From NCBI GenBank assembly GCA_001784435.1, contig MFQZ01000010.1, positions 169,960 through 233,959 of the forward strand: a stretch of 64,000 bases of DNA, written 5' to 3'. The notes under the pieces were generated by a model. The model was not told the DNA's origin. It saw only the letters and a program-made list of their open reading frames with translations, and made no database searches. A program made the position numbers and the translations under genes. This DNA is from Candidatus Magasanikbacteria bacterium RIFOXYC2_FULL_42_28. GTDB lineage: Bacteria > Patescibacteriota > Patescibacteriia > Magasanikbacterales > GWA2-37-8. This document shows, in pieces, positions 39,006 to 48,298 of the stretch (positions are counted from its first letter, which is position 1; every line of letters starts with the position of its first letter).

Positions 39006-39902
39006 ATGCTAGATTGGATTTTTGGGATTATTATTATTTTGTGCCTCGGTGGAGCCATTTTTATTATTAGTCGGAAATTGCCGGAATTGTCCGCGTTAGA
39101 TGTTCACACTTTGCCGGAAGAAAAATCCGGTAAAAAGAAAAAAGAAATTATTGGTAAACGGATTGACGCGCGTCGGCAAAAAATTAAAGAAAATTCTAAA
39201 AAATATTTAACGCCGTTTCGGCGCCAGTGGGGACAATGGCAGTTAAAATTTCGGATTTATGTCGGGAAGATTGAGCGGTTGATGTTGCACGAGCAGGCGG
39301 CCGGCAAAAAAACGGAAATAAAAATTATGGATTTGGAGACAGAGGCGCGCCTGAAAAAATTGGTGGATGAAGGCGGGCAATATTTAACGCAAAATAATTT
39401 AGAGCGAGCCGAAGAAAAATTTATTGCCGCCATTAAATTGGACACTCATGCCGCGAGTGCTTACCGCGGTTTGGCCGACACCTACTTTGCCAAAAAATCT
39501 TTGGAAGAGGCGCGCGCCACTTATCAATTTGTTTTGCAATTAGACAAGGAGGACGATAGTGTCATGGTAAAATTGGCGGAAATTGCCGAAAGTCAGGGTG
39601 ATTTGGAAGAAGCGATAGAGTATTATCAGCAGGCCGTGGTGATTAATGATTCGCTTTCTCCCCGTTTTGTGCATTTGGCGGAATTGTTGTTGCGCGTGGG
39701 CCAACCGCTCGTGGCTCGCGAGGCGATTGAGGCGGCGGTGGAATTAGAACCCCAAAACCCCAAATATCTTGACTTACTGACAGAAACTGCTATACTATGT
39801 CAAGATAAAACTTTGGCCCTTAAGGTTTATAGCACTTTGTGCTTGGTAAATCCGGAAAACAAAAAATTACCGGATTTAAAACAGCGAATAGATTTATTAT
39901 AA
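39006..39902 (+). CDS. Membrane-anchored TPR protein
   Basis: N-terminal TM; AYRGLA..Y, A..YYQQA and A.ELEPQNPKY TPR units. Confidence 0.85.
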   Translation: MLDWIFGIIIILCLGGAIFIISRKLPELSALDVHTLPEEKSGKKKKEIIGKRIDARRQKIKENSKKYLTPFRRQWGQWQLKFRIYVGKIERLMLHEQAAGKKTEIKIMDLETEARLKKLVDEGGQYLTQNNLERAEEKFIAAIKLDTHAASAYRGLADTYFAKKSLEEARATYQFVLQLDKEDDSVMVKLAEIAESQGDLEEAIEYYQQAVVINDSLSPRFVHLAELLLRVGQPLVAREAIEAAVELEPQNPKYLDLLTETAILCQDKTLALKVYSTLCLVNPENKKLPDLKQRIDLL

Positions 39903-39935
39903 CGCTTGCCTGGCGTAGCCGTCAGGCGAAGACAG

Positions 39936-40008
39936 GCCGATGTAGCTCAGTTGGTAGAGCACCTCCATGGTAAGGAGGTGGTCAGCGGTTCAAATCCGCT
40001 CATCGGCT
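39936..40008 (+). tRNA. tRNA-Thr(GGT)
   Basis: GCCGATG/CATCGGC acceptor, CCTCC-ATGGTAA-GGAGG anticodon arm; CCA not encoded. Confidence 0.96.
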
Positions 40009-40017
40009 CGGAGTATT

Positions 40018-40093
40018 GCCGTCTTAGCTCAGTTGGTAGAGCAACGGTTTTGTAAACCGTAGGTCCAGGGTTCAAATCCCTGAGACGGCTCCA
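40018..40093 (+). tRNA. tRNA-Thr(TGT)
   Basis: GCCGTCT/AGACGGC acceptor, ACGGT-TTTGTAA-ACCGT anticodon arm, encoded CCA. Confidence 0.96.
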
Positions 40094-40113
40094 GTCGGCA
40101 TTAGTTCTTTAAT

Positions 40114-40195
40114 GGGCAGGTACCGAAGCGGTCAAACGGGGTAGACTGTAAATCTACTGGCTCTGCCTTCCAAGGTTCGAATCCTTGCCTGCCCA
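40114..40195 (+). tRNA. tRNA-Tyr(GTA)
   Basis: GGGCAGG/CCTGCCC acceptor, GTAGA-CTGTAAA-TCTAC anticodon arm, variable arm. Confidence 0.96.
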
Positions 40196-40226
40196 CATGG
40201 TAAATTAAAAATTAATTTAATATTCT

Positions 40227-40379
40227 ATGTCCCAAGACAATTTGGCAAAATTGCAGTGTTCAACCTGCAAAACCGTCACGCATTTTACCACGCGCAACAA
40301 ACACATCAAAGAGCGCTTGGCTCTTTCCAAATTTTGCAAAAAGTGCAAAAAGCATACCGATCACAAAGAAACCAAATAA
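40227..40379 (+). CDS. rpmG: 50S ribosomal protein L33 (below the ORF-track cut-off)
   Basis: Manual translation MSQDNLAKLQCSTCKTVTHFTTRNKHIKERLALSKFCKKCKKHTDHKETK. Confidence 0.95.
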   Translation: MSQDNLAKLQCSTCKTVTHFTTRNKHIKERLALSKFCKKCKKHTDHKETK

Positions 40380-40393
40380 TAATTTAAAATTAT

Positions 40394-41203
40394 ATGTGGT
40401 TTTTCAATTCATTCGTCAAAAGTTTGTATGATTTGAATTGGTTGCGAGGCACTCGCAAAGATCTAGGCAAGGCTTTTAGCTATTTTTGCTTATTTCTTTT
40501 TTTATATGTCGGTTTAACCATGGTGCCGGTATTCGTGAATATGATGAAAGGCGATACGGTCGCCGCGCTTAAAACTGGTTTGGCGCAGAAAGTTCCTGAT
40601 TTCACCGCAACTGTAAAAGATGGCGAATTGTCAGTTGTTGGTGTGGATCAGCCATATATTTTTAGAGATGGGGAATTTATCTTAGTGGTGGATACTATAA
40701 CTACTTCCACCTTAACTCTTGGTACTTATCTTGACGATAAAATTAATGCGGGACTACTTATCACTAGAAGTAAAGGTGAAATGTACGATGGCGACAAAGG
40801 ACAGTCTCGTTCGCAGGTGTGGAAAGATGTTGGGAATGTCAGTGTTAATCGGGCGCAATTAATAAATTTAGCAAATAAATTTTTATCCAAGCCGATGATG
40901 TTTGTGTATTTTCTGTTTATTTTGGTGTTCGTGTATATGTTTCTAGGCGTTGGTAAATTACTTTCCGTTTTAATTGTTTCTGCAATAATATTAGCAATAA
41001 CAAAAATTGCTAAAAAGCAATGGTTATTTAAAGAAATTTTTACAGTGGGATTATTCGCTGTGACGCTTACAACGATCATTATTGAGGCGATGGAAGGGCT
41101 TGGTATCGGATTTATTTTTTCAGGGATAATTATTTTCTTAATCTGGCTTGGAGTGATAGTGTTGTTAGATAAGCCGGCGCCAGTTGAAGAAATTAAATCA
41201 TAA
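40394..41203 (+). CDS. DUF1189-like membrane protein
   Basis: N-terminal TM, PDFT..VKDGEL soluble domain, C-terminal TM bundle. Confidence 0.7.
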   Translation: MWFFNSFVKSLYDLNWLRGTRKDLGKAFSYFCLFLFLYVGLTMVPVFVNMMKGDTVAALKTGLAQKVPDFTATVKDGELSVVGVDQPYIFRDGEFILVVDTITTSTLTLGTYLDDKINAGLLITRSKGEMYDGDKGQSRSQVWKDVGNVSVNRAQLINLANKFLSKPMMFVYFLFILVFVYMFLGVGKLLSVLIVSAIILAITKIAKKQWLFKEIFTVGLFAVTLTTIIIEAMEGLGIGFIFSGIIIFLIWLGVIVLLDKPAPVEEIKS

Positions 41204-41238
41204 CAACAAACAAATCCCGACTAAGTCGGGATTTTAAT

Positions 41239-41309
41239 AGGGGGTTCGTATAATGGTAGTACGTTGCTCTCCAAAAGCAAACGCGCGGGTTCGATTCCTG
41301 CACCCCCTG
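41239..41309 (+). tRNA. tRNA-Trp(CCA)
   Basis: AGGGGGT/ACCCCCT acceptor, TTGCT-CTCCAAA-AGCAA anticodon arm, GGTTCGATTCC. Confidence 0.95.
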
Positions 41310-41446
41310 CGATTTAGCCAAATTTATTTGGCTAAATTTATTTAGGAATCGAACGGGAAAGGGAGAAAACGGGAGTTTTCTCTTTGCTGAGGAAAGTACA
41401 CGAAAACCCGAAGGTTTTCGTGAGAGCCCCAAAGGGGCGAGTGAGC

Positions 41447-41463
41447 ATTCTTGCACCCCCTGC
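41447..41463 (+). repeat. Duplicated 3' end of tRNA-Trp (att-like direct repeat)
   Basis: ATTCTTGCACCCCCTGC vs ATTCCTGCACCCCCTGC at 41294-41310 (16/17). Confidence 0.85.
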
Positions 41464-41502
41464 AAAAAATGGGTATTTTCTATTTATCATCTATAAAAAT
41501 TT

Positions 41503-42543
41503 ATGTCGATAGAAATACCCGCTCAACCTCAAAAAAGATATCTGGAAATTGACTTTCTGCGTGGCAGCGCTGTTTTTTTGATGCTTGTCGCTCACATTAA
41601 TTTTGTTTTTACAAAAAATTACAATTTTATTCTCGATACCCTAACTTGGTTCGGGGCGACAATTTGCTTTAGCGTTTTTATATTTTGCTTTGCTTTTTCT
41701 TACGGTTTAAAATTATCCGATAATAAAAAGTTAAATTTAAAAAAAGAAACCAAAAGATTTTTCAGGTTACTTTTTGTTTATTACGGGTCGGCTTTCTGCG
41801 CGCAATATTTTATTTTTAGTAATATATCAATAGAAAAATTATATCTTATTTTAACTTTCCAATACTTGCCTGTTTTTACCGAGTTTATAATCCCATTTTT
41901 TCTTTATGTTATATTAATTTTAATTTTTTTTCCAGTATTTAAAAAATTATTAAAATATCCGATACTATTTATTTCAATTTCTCTCGCTATTTATTTTTTT
42001 GGTCAATGGCTTTATCCGCTTGATGGGGGCGGTAATTTTTTAAATGTAATTAAAACTTTACTCGTCGGCAACGGCGATGTTCACGCTTTCGGCGTTCTAT
42101 CTTATCTCCCCATTTTTGTGCTTGGTTTAATTGTGGGCGAGTCGCAATCCGATAAAAAAGGGGAATTGGCGGTCGTCGTTATTTTTGTCACTGCCGTAAT
42201 TTTATTTGCCTTCTTGAAAATTTTAGGATTTTCTGTTTGGCACAGATTCCCACCGTCCGTCTTATTTTTACTCTATGGAGTTATTTATAGTTTTGGAGTA
42301 CTATTGTTATATCGGTATCTCAAAAAAATTATTCCTTTAGACAAGTTCTTCATATTTTTAAGTAAAAAAACCTTATTTATTTTCTTTATAAGCATTTTGA
42401 TAATTCTAGGATCGTCTAATCTTTTAAATAAGGCAAAATTTGAATCAACGACAGTTTGGTTAATACATTTTTTGATCATAGCCGGTATATCTTTGTTAAG
42501 TTATTCTTATGGCAAATTGGTTGAGATTTTGGAAAAAAGATAA
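41503..42543 (+). CDS. Polytopic acyltransferase-like protein (OpgC/HGSNAT/acyltransferase-3 superfamily)
   Basis: R..EIDFLRG.A..LM.VAH N-terminal motif, ~10 TM segments, RFPPS. Confidence 0.7.
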   Translation: MSIEIPAQPQKRYLEIDFLRGSAVFLMLVAHINFVFTKNYNFILDTLTWFGATICFSVFIFCFAFSYGLKLSDNKKLNLKKETKRFFRLLFVYYGSAFCAQYFIFSNISIEKLYLILTFQYLPVFTEFIIPFFLYVILILIFFPVFKKLLKYPILFISISLAIYFFGQWLYPLDGGGNFLNVIKTLLVGNGDVHAFGVLSYLPIFVLGLIVGESQSDKKGELAVVVIFVTAVILFAFLKILGFSVWHRFPPSVLFLLYGVIYSFGVLLLYRYLKKIIPLDKFFIFLSKKTLFIFFISILIILGSSNLLNKAKFESTTVWLIHFLIIAGISLLSYSYGKLVEILEKR

Positions 42544-44092
42544 GCCAAAACCCCACTTTTTTATTTTTATTGTATTGGGCTCGCTTTTGTTATTTAGTAT
42601 TTTTGTGATATTTTTTTTCAGTGTTAAACCTGAAAATGGTGGTATTTTTTTGACGGGGCTGGATGGGGTTAATAAAATTTTTGGTAATGAAGAGTGGTAT
42701 TGCGATGCGTTTGGATATGAAGCCGGCGGACTCATAAAACTCGCGGAGCCGGGTAGAAAATGGATTTTGATTGGTAACGAATTTCCCGAAGAAAACAAAA
42801 TGATAAATTTAAAAGTACAACTTGCCCAAAGAGCTAGAAAATATTTTGAGCAACCAAACTCGGTAAAAATATTTTATGAATTAACAAATGCTAGCAGTGA
42901 ACAGGTAACGAGTAGTATCCTTGGCGCTTACTTTTCCACTAGCTCTTTAAAAAATTCCGACGAACTTCTTTTTGAGGAAAAAATAAATCTGAGTGGACTC
43001 GCGGTTGGTAAATATAAAATTAAGGTAAAAGTTGAGTTTGACTGTGGTGAGGCGACGACATTACCCCAAGATATTTTTGTGTCCCACCCCCTGTATGTTG
43101 TTTGGAGTTTTGATTGGGAGGGTTATAATGTAAAAGACAAATATTTACAGAGTATCGACGAGCTTGCTTCCAAGCATGATAATTTTCCCCTTACCCATTT
43201 AATAAATCCTAGGTTATTTATTACGAAAACTATTCCTCAAGCCAATAGAGATCGCGTCCGAGATTGGTTGGTGGAGAAAAAAAATAAGCGCGGGGATAGT
43301 CTGGGGTTGCACCTGCATCTGTTTTATGAAAATTTTGAAGCCGCTGGTTTAGATATTCCCGAAAAAGACAGCGCTGAACTTGAAAAAATCTTTTTTACTA
43401 CCAATGGGTCTATGGTTACGAGTACTGCCAGCACTACCGTTGCGTTTGATAAAAGTAAATTAAAAAAGAAACAAATTTATGACTTAACCTACTGGGGCTA
43501 TGGTCGTGATGATGGTTATGATATACCGATAACTAACCTTAGTGATGCTGAATTTGATAAAATACTAAAATGGTCCAAAGCCACCTTTGGCGTTCTTGGT
43601 TTTGGTACGCCCGTCACCTATCGTTCCGGGGGTTGGTTTGCCAATCTTGCCACCCTGCAGGTTTTAGAAGAAAATGGTTTCGTAGTAGATTCTTCCGGTC
43701 GAACAAAATATAATTTTGGCGATAGTAAACTCCCCGGATTTTGGGATTTAGCAACTACTTCGCAACCTTATCAACCAAATATCCATAACCAAAACTCGGC
43801 TTTGAAGCCAACTATGAAAATATGGGAATTCCCCAACAACGGAGCGGATTCGTGGTGGTATAGCGCCAAAGAAATGATTGAGCGCTTTAATTTAAATTGG
43901 GGGGCAGTGGGGGGTCCGCTTGAAAAAAGCACGGTGGTAGTTTTTTTAAGTCATCCGGATTGGTTTGAAGTAGACATACCAAAAGTTGACGAGCTTTTCA
44001 ATTACACCGATACGTATTTAAATTCCAAAGACGGGGGACCGGTAATATATCAAAATTTAGAAAATTTACATAAAATTTGGGAAGCTAATTAA
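42509..44092 (+). CDS. Membrane-anchored polysaccharide deacetylase-like protein
   Basis: N-terminal TM; SFDWEG, GLHLH, YRSGGW, VDSS and SHPDW NodB-like motifs. Confidence 0.7.
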   Translation: MANWLRFWKKDKPKPHFFIFIVLGSLLLFSIFVIFFFSVKPENGGIFLTGLDGVNKIFGNEEWYCDAFGYEAGGLIKLAEPGRKWILIGNEFPEENKMINLKVQLAQRARKYFEQPNSVKIFYELTNASSEQVTSSILGAYFSTSSLKNSDELLFEEKINLSGLAVGKYKIKVKVEFDCGEATTLPQDIFVSHPLYVVWSFDWEGYNVKDKYLQSIDELASKHDNFPLTHLINPRLFITKTIPQANRDRVRDWLVEKKNKRGDSLGLHLHLFYENFEAAGLDIPEKDSAELEKIFFTTNGSMVTSTASTTVAFDKSKLKKKQIYDLTYWGYGRDDGYDIPITNLSDAEFDKILKWSKATFGVLGFGTPVTYRSGGWFANLATLQVLEENGFVVDSSGRTKYNFGDSKLPGFWDLATTSQPYQPNIHNQNSALKPTMKIWEFPNNGADSWWYSAKEMIERFNLNWGAVGGPLEKSTVVVFLSHPDWFEVDIPKVDELFNYTDTYLNSKDGGPVIYQNLENLHKIWEAN

Positions 44093-44097
44093 AAAAT

Positions 44098-46041
44098 ATG
44101 AGTTTTTTGATAAATTTTGGCATCGAAAATTTCCGAACGCGCCTGGCGGTTATTTTTATTTTTGTTTTTATTCTGGTTGTTTTTAATTTAGGTATTTTTA
44201 TTTTAAAACAATTTAAAACAGAATTTAACCGGCGGATTTTGTTCTATTTAAATATTATCCTGTTATTTTTTATTGGCCTTTTTCTTTCCACGGCTTTGTT
44301 TCTAAAGCCTTTTGCTCAATTAGAAACCTTGTCCGCAGGGGGGTATTTAGCAGAAGCGCATCAGCCAATTGAAATATCTTTTACTGTTCCCGTTCGACCG
44401 GAAAACTTATCTCTTTATATTTCCCCGGAAGTAGACGGTGAATGGGTTTTTAGAGATGTCTTACCATTTTTTTCTAACGGTTATAAGGATCGGGCAACTT
44501 TTATCCCCAAAGAATCTTTTTATCCGGAAAGTAAAATTGTGGTTTATATTGTTGGTTTAAAAAGATTGTTTCCGGTAGGAGAAAAACACGAACAATCCCT
44601 TGAGTTTTTTGCTCCCCGTCTGCCAAATATAACAGAAACCTATCCCAAAGATAACCAAGATAATGTCAGTGTCAACGATAATTTTACCGCAACCTTTGAC
44701 GCGCCTAGCGGAGAATTTATAAAATGGTTTTACGAGATAACGCCACCGATTGGTTTTGTCGTAAATGAATCAAATAAAAATAAAAATGAGATAGTTTTTA
44801 ACAAACCACTTCGGCAGGATAGTGAATATAGTGTGGCGATTTTCCGTACTGGACGATCTTATAATGTCACTGATTTTTCTGACGTTGAGTTAGGGGATTC
44901 GCAATTGATTAAAACAGTTGTATTTAATACTGTGCGGTCTCCAAAAATTAAATCATACGATCCTTATGGAGCGGGTGCTAGGGTAGATCTCCCGATAAAA
45001 ATAGTTTTTGAAGAGCCCATGAATCAGGCGAGCGTGGCCGAAAAATTCTCCCTAAGCCCAACCACTACCGGTAAGATAAGCTGGGAAGATGAAAAAACAT
45101 TTGTTTTTTTACCGGATCAAATTTTGGAAAAAGGAGCTGATTATAGGATTAATTTTTTGAGTGGGATAGAAGATGGCTCTGGTGGAAAAACCAGACAGGA
45201 TATAGTGCTAAATTTTAGCACGGCGGGAAAAGTAAAGATTTTGTCCACCTACCCCAAAAGTGGAGCAACTGGCTTAAGCCCGGATTTAGCCGGCGTGGTT
45301 ATTAATTTTGACCAAGAAGTGGATCATGTCTCCGCGGAAAATTATTTTTCTATTTTTCCAAATGTACGCGGGTCTTTTTCTTGGAATGGCGATAAACTGA
45401 CATTCTCTTTCAAAACTCCTTTGGCTTACGCCACAAAATATACGGTAAGTTTTAAAAAAGGCATCAAAGCTGTTTACGGACTAGAATTGGATCAAGATTA
45501 CGCTTATTCATTTACGACAAAAAATAAAAGTTTTTCTTTGAATGTTCCGCTGTATTATCAAAGTGAAACTTTTACCTGTAATATCGCCACTGCCAGAATG
45601 GCACTTGCTTACCGCGGTGATAATCTTTCCGAAAGTTTTATTAAAGCTGAAGTTGGCGAAGGAGAAGATCCGAATGTAAGTTGGGTGGCCGGTTATGGCG
45701 CTCACTGGAAGCCGATTTATAATTTTATTAGCAGATATAGAAAAGCATCTATTAAAACCGGTTGGAACATCGCCGAATTGGTAAAAGAAGTTAATGCTGG
45801 CAATCCGGTAATCATTTGGTGGCATAATCAATATAGCACGACCGGTTCGTTTACCTTAGATTCCGGAGCCACCGGTTATCGGGGGATGCATTCAGTGGTA
45901 GTAAAAGGATATGTCGGGAGCGTAGAAAACCCTATTTCTATTATTGTCAACGATTCTTGGCGGGGACCAAAAACATACAGCATCTCCAGTTTTAAAAGTA
46001 TTTGGGCGTATCTTAATTATACCGCTATTGTAGTTTATTAA
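44098..46041 (+). CDS. Membrane protein with Ig-like (Big_5/SbsA) repeats and C-terminal C39-like peptidase
   Basis: Two N-terminal TMs; TYP...I.F..P repeats; VPLYYQ...TC, MHSVVVKGY, VNDSW catalytic triad pattern. Confidence 0.8.
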   Translation: MSFLINFGIENFRTRLAVIFIFVFILVVFNLGIFILKQFKTEFNRRILFYLNIILLFFIGLFLSTALFLKPFAQLETLSAGGYLAEAHQPIEISFTVPVRPENLSLYISPEVDGEWVFRDVLPFFSNGYKDRATFIPKESFYPESKIVVYIVGLKRLFPVGEKHEQSLEFFAPRLPNITETYPKDNQDNVSVNDNFTATFDAPSGEFIKWFYEITPPIGFVVNESNKNKNEIVFNKPLRQDSEYSVAIFRTGRSYNVTDFSDVELGDSQLIKTVVFNTVRSPKIKSYDPYGAGARVDLPIKIVFEEPMNQASVAEKFSLSPTTTGKISWEDEKTFVFLPDQILEKGADYRINFLSGIEDGSGGKTRQDIVLNFSTAGKVKILSTYPKSGATGLSPDLAGVVINFDQEVDHVSAENYFSIFPNVRGSFSWNGDKLTFSFKTPLAYATKYTVSFKKGIKAVYGLELDQDYAYSFTTKNKSFSLNVPLYYQSETFTCNIATARMALAYRGDNLSESFIKAEVGEGEDPNVSWVAGYGAHWKPIYNFISRYRKASIKTGWNIAELVKEVNAGNPVIIWWHNQYSTTGSFTLDSGATGYRGMHSVVVKGYVGSVENPISIIVNDSWRGPKTYSISSFKSIWAYLNYTAIVVY

Positions 46042-46074
46042 AATAATTTTATATAACAAAAATCGTATTAGCGG

Positions 46075-46121
46075 TCATCCACAACCGCTCTCTTGACAAA
46101 ACACCCAAAATGTGCTATACT
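46075..46121 (+). promoter_or_regulatory. Promoter of DEAD-box helicase with upstream DnaA-box-like site
   Basis: TCATCCACA 46075; TTGACA 46093, 17-bp spacer, TG-n-TATACT 46116. Confidence 0.75.
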
Positions 46122-46218
46122 GGTGTATTCTAATTAATCCTGACCTCGAAAAGGTCAGCGACTCGACTCTTTTGTGTCATTATGTGACCCAGCGGAAATT
46201 CGGGTCACAACAAAATAT

Positions 46219-47484
46219 ATGACACAAAAAAACACTACTGTGTCTAGTTTTAACACACTAGGCATCTCGGCGCCAATTCTAGCGATTTTAAATCAACTGG
46301 AATTCGCCACCCCGACCCCAATTCAACACCAGTGCATTCCGGCGGCGTTTGATGGGAAGGATATCGTGGGTATTGCCCAGACCGGTACGGGCAAGACCTT
46401 GGCTTTTGGTATTCCAATGATTCAATTGTTGGAGCAAAACCGTGGGCAAGGTTTGATTTTACTTCCGACCCGAGAATTAGCTTTGCAAGTTGATGAAGTT
46501 TTGCGTTCAATTGGTGGCAAGCTTGGATTGCGCACCGCTGTTTTAATCGGAGGCGCGTCTTCGTATCAACAAATTCAAGCGATTCGTCGCAACCCACATA
46601 TTTTCATTTCCACCCCCGGCCGTTTAATTGATCATTTGCAACAAAAAAATCTTTCCCTCGCGCGCATTAAAATGATTGTTTTAGATGAGGCCGACCGCAT
46701 GTTTGACATCGGGTTTGCTCCCCAAATTAAACAGATTTTAAATTACGCGCCGGCTGATCGCCAAACATTAATGTTTTCCGCGACCATGCCGAAAGAAATC
46801 GCCGAAATGGCCAATCGCTATATGCGCACGCCATGGAGAATTGAAGTCGCGCCGGCTGGCACAACGGTCGCGCAAATTGAACAAGAAATTTTTATCGTCA
46901 GCAAAGAATTACGTCCGCAGCTTTTGGATAAATTATTGGCTGACACAAAAGGCACGGTCTTGGTTTTTTCACGCACCAAACGGGGTGCTAAAAAAATTAC
47001 CGGGTTGATTCGGGACATGGGACACGCTGCCACCGAGATTCATTCGGACCGGTCTTTGGCGCAACGTCAAGCCGCGATGGTTGGATTTAAAACCGGAAAA
47101 TTTCGTGTGCTCGTGGCGACTGATATTGCTGCGCGCGGAATTGATGTGGACAATATTGAACTGGTCGTCAACTATGATTTACCGGATAATCCGGAAGATT
47201 ATGTGCATCGTGTTGGTCGTACCGGGCGCGCCGGTTTAACCGGTAAAGCGGTTTCATTTGTTGGCCCGGAACAAAGACGCGACATTCAAACAATTGAACA
47301 CTTGATTAAAAAATATTTACCAGTGGCGCCGTTGCCAGTGTTGCCACCGCGCCGTCCGATGGGCATTCGTCCGAAAGAAAATGATTTCGGCGGACATTAT
47401 CGCGGTGGCCGTCCGCAATTTGGTGGCAGACCTTCATTTGGTGGCGGTCGTCGCCCTGCGCCATATACGCGTAAGAAATGGTAA
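46219..47484 (+). CDS. DEAD-box RNA helicase (RhlE-like)
   Basis: PTPIQ, AQTGTGKT, PTRELA, TPGRL, DEAD, SAT, ARGID, HRVGRTGR; Arg/Gly-rich tail. Confidence 0.96.
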   Translation: MTQKNTTVSSFNTLGISAPILAILNQLEFATPTPIQHQCIPAAFDGKDIVGIAQTGTGKTLAFGIPMIQLLEQNRGQGLILLPTRELALQVDEVLRSIGGKLGLRTAVLIGGASSYQQIQAIRRNPHIFISTPGRLIDHLQQKNLSLARIKMIVLDEADRMFDIGFAPQIKQILNYAPADRQTLMFSATMPKEIAEMANRYMRTPWRIEVAPAGTTVAQIEQEIFIVSKELRPQLLDKLLADTKGTVLVFSRTKRGAKKITGLIRDMGHAATEIHSDRSLAQRQAAMVGFKTGKFRVLVATDIAARGIDVDNIELVVNYDLPDNPEDYVHRVGRTGRAGLTGKAVSFVGPEQRRDIQTIEHLIKKYLPVAPLPVLPPRRPMGIRPKENDFGGHYRGGRPQFGGRPSFGGGRRPAPYTRKKW

Positions 47485-47501
47485 AAATTTAATAAATTTA
47501 A

Positions 47502-47532
47502 AGCAATCTGTCGTTAGGCGGGTTGTTTTTTT
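47502..47532 (+). terminator. Intrinsic terminator after helicase
   Basis: AGCAATCTGTC-GTTA-GGCGGGTTGTT followed by a T-run. Confidence 0.65.
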
Positions 47533-47599
47533 GTAGAATAAAATAGTGTTGTAATTTGACGGTTGGTTGTAAAAATCGTATAATATAGAGACGTAAAAT

Positions 47600-48241
47600 A
47601 TGGATTTAGAATCATTTAAAGGAAAATATTATTTGTTTAATCCTGAACAATTCGGGAATATTTTTGTGTTTGTGGATTTTGGTAATGTTCGTCCGTGGGC
47701 TAAAGATTTTTGGCCAAAAGAAAATAAGTTTAGATTTTGTAAAGAAATAGATATAGCCAAATTGGCCGATGTTTGCAATTGGATTAACCCCAAGAAAAAA
47801 TTTTTTTATTATGGACATTTTAAATCGCGATTAGATTTGTTTAAAAATCATCCGGAAAATATCAAAAGTCGTAATTCAATTTTTCGTTTAGATAAAGCGA
47901 GAGGGTGTGGTTTTTTGGTTAAAACAAAAGAAATAAAAATGGTTCCACACCACGATGAAGATGGTTTATTCGTAGGTAAAGCTCCCAAGTGTAATTTTGA
48001 TGTTGAGATTACTATGGATTTGCTTACCAAAATTCATAAATATGACACCGTAGTATTGTTTTCCGGGGACAGTGATTTTAGTGGCCTATTGAGTTATTTA
48101 AAAAATAGAAATAAAAAAATAGTAGTAGTGTGTACTCGCGCTCGTATGAGCAAAGAATTGCAGGAAGTGGCCGACAAATTTATTCCGGCGGAGTCATTAA
48201 AAGAATTTTTAGTATATATAAAAAACACTCCGCCCGATTAG
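47600..48241 (+). CDS. NYN domain (PIN-like, LabA/DUF88) ribonuclease
   Basis: VFVDFGNV, KCNFDVEI, LFSGDSDF, SKELQEVADKFI; own promoter TTGACG 47556, 17-bp spacer, TATAAT 47579. Confidence 0.9.
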   Translation: MDLESFKGKYYLFNPEQFGNIFVFVDFGNVRPWAKDFWPKENKFRFCKEIDIAKLADVCNWINPKKKFFYYGHFKSRLDLFKNHPENIKSRNSIFRLDKARGCGFLVKTKEIKMVPHHDEDGLFVGKAPKCNFDVEITMDLLTKIHKYDTVVLFSGDSDFSGLLSYLKNRNKKIVVVCTRARMSKELQEVADKFIPAESLKEFLVYIKNTPPD

Positions 48242-48298
48242 GGGCGGAGGAATGGAATACGATCCTGGTATCGTTCAGGCGACGGTGCTTTTCAACAC
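48219..48298 (-). ncRNA. Candidate ~80-nt sRNA convergent with and overlapping the NYN gene 3' end
   Basis: Minus-strand TTGACA (48334-48329), 18-bp spacer, TG-n-TATAGT (48310-48305); internal hairpin; terminal 8-bp GC hairpin followed by a U-tract; no ORF. Confidence 0.6.

Noticed and set aside
41294-41463. tRNA-Trp duplication as the boundary of a prophage or ICE
   Set aside because: The direct repeats are only 136 nt apart, and no integrase or phage genes occur in the window.
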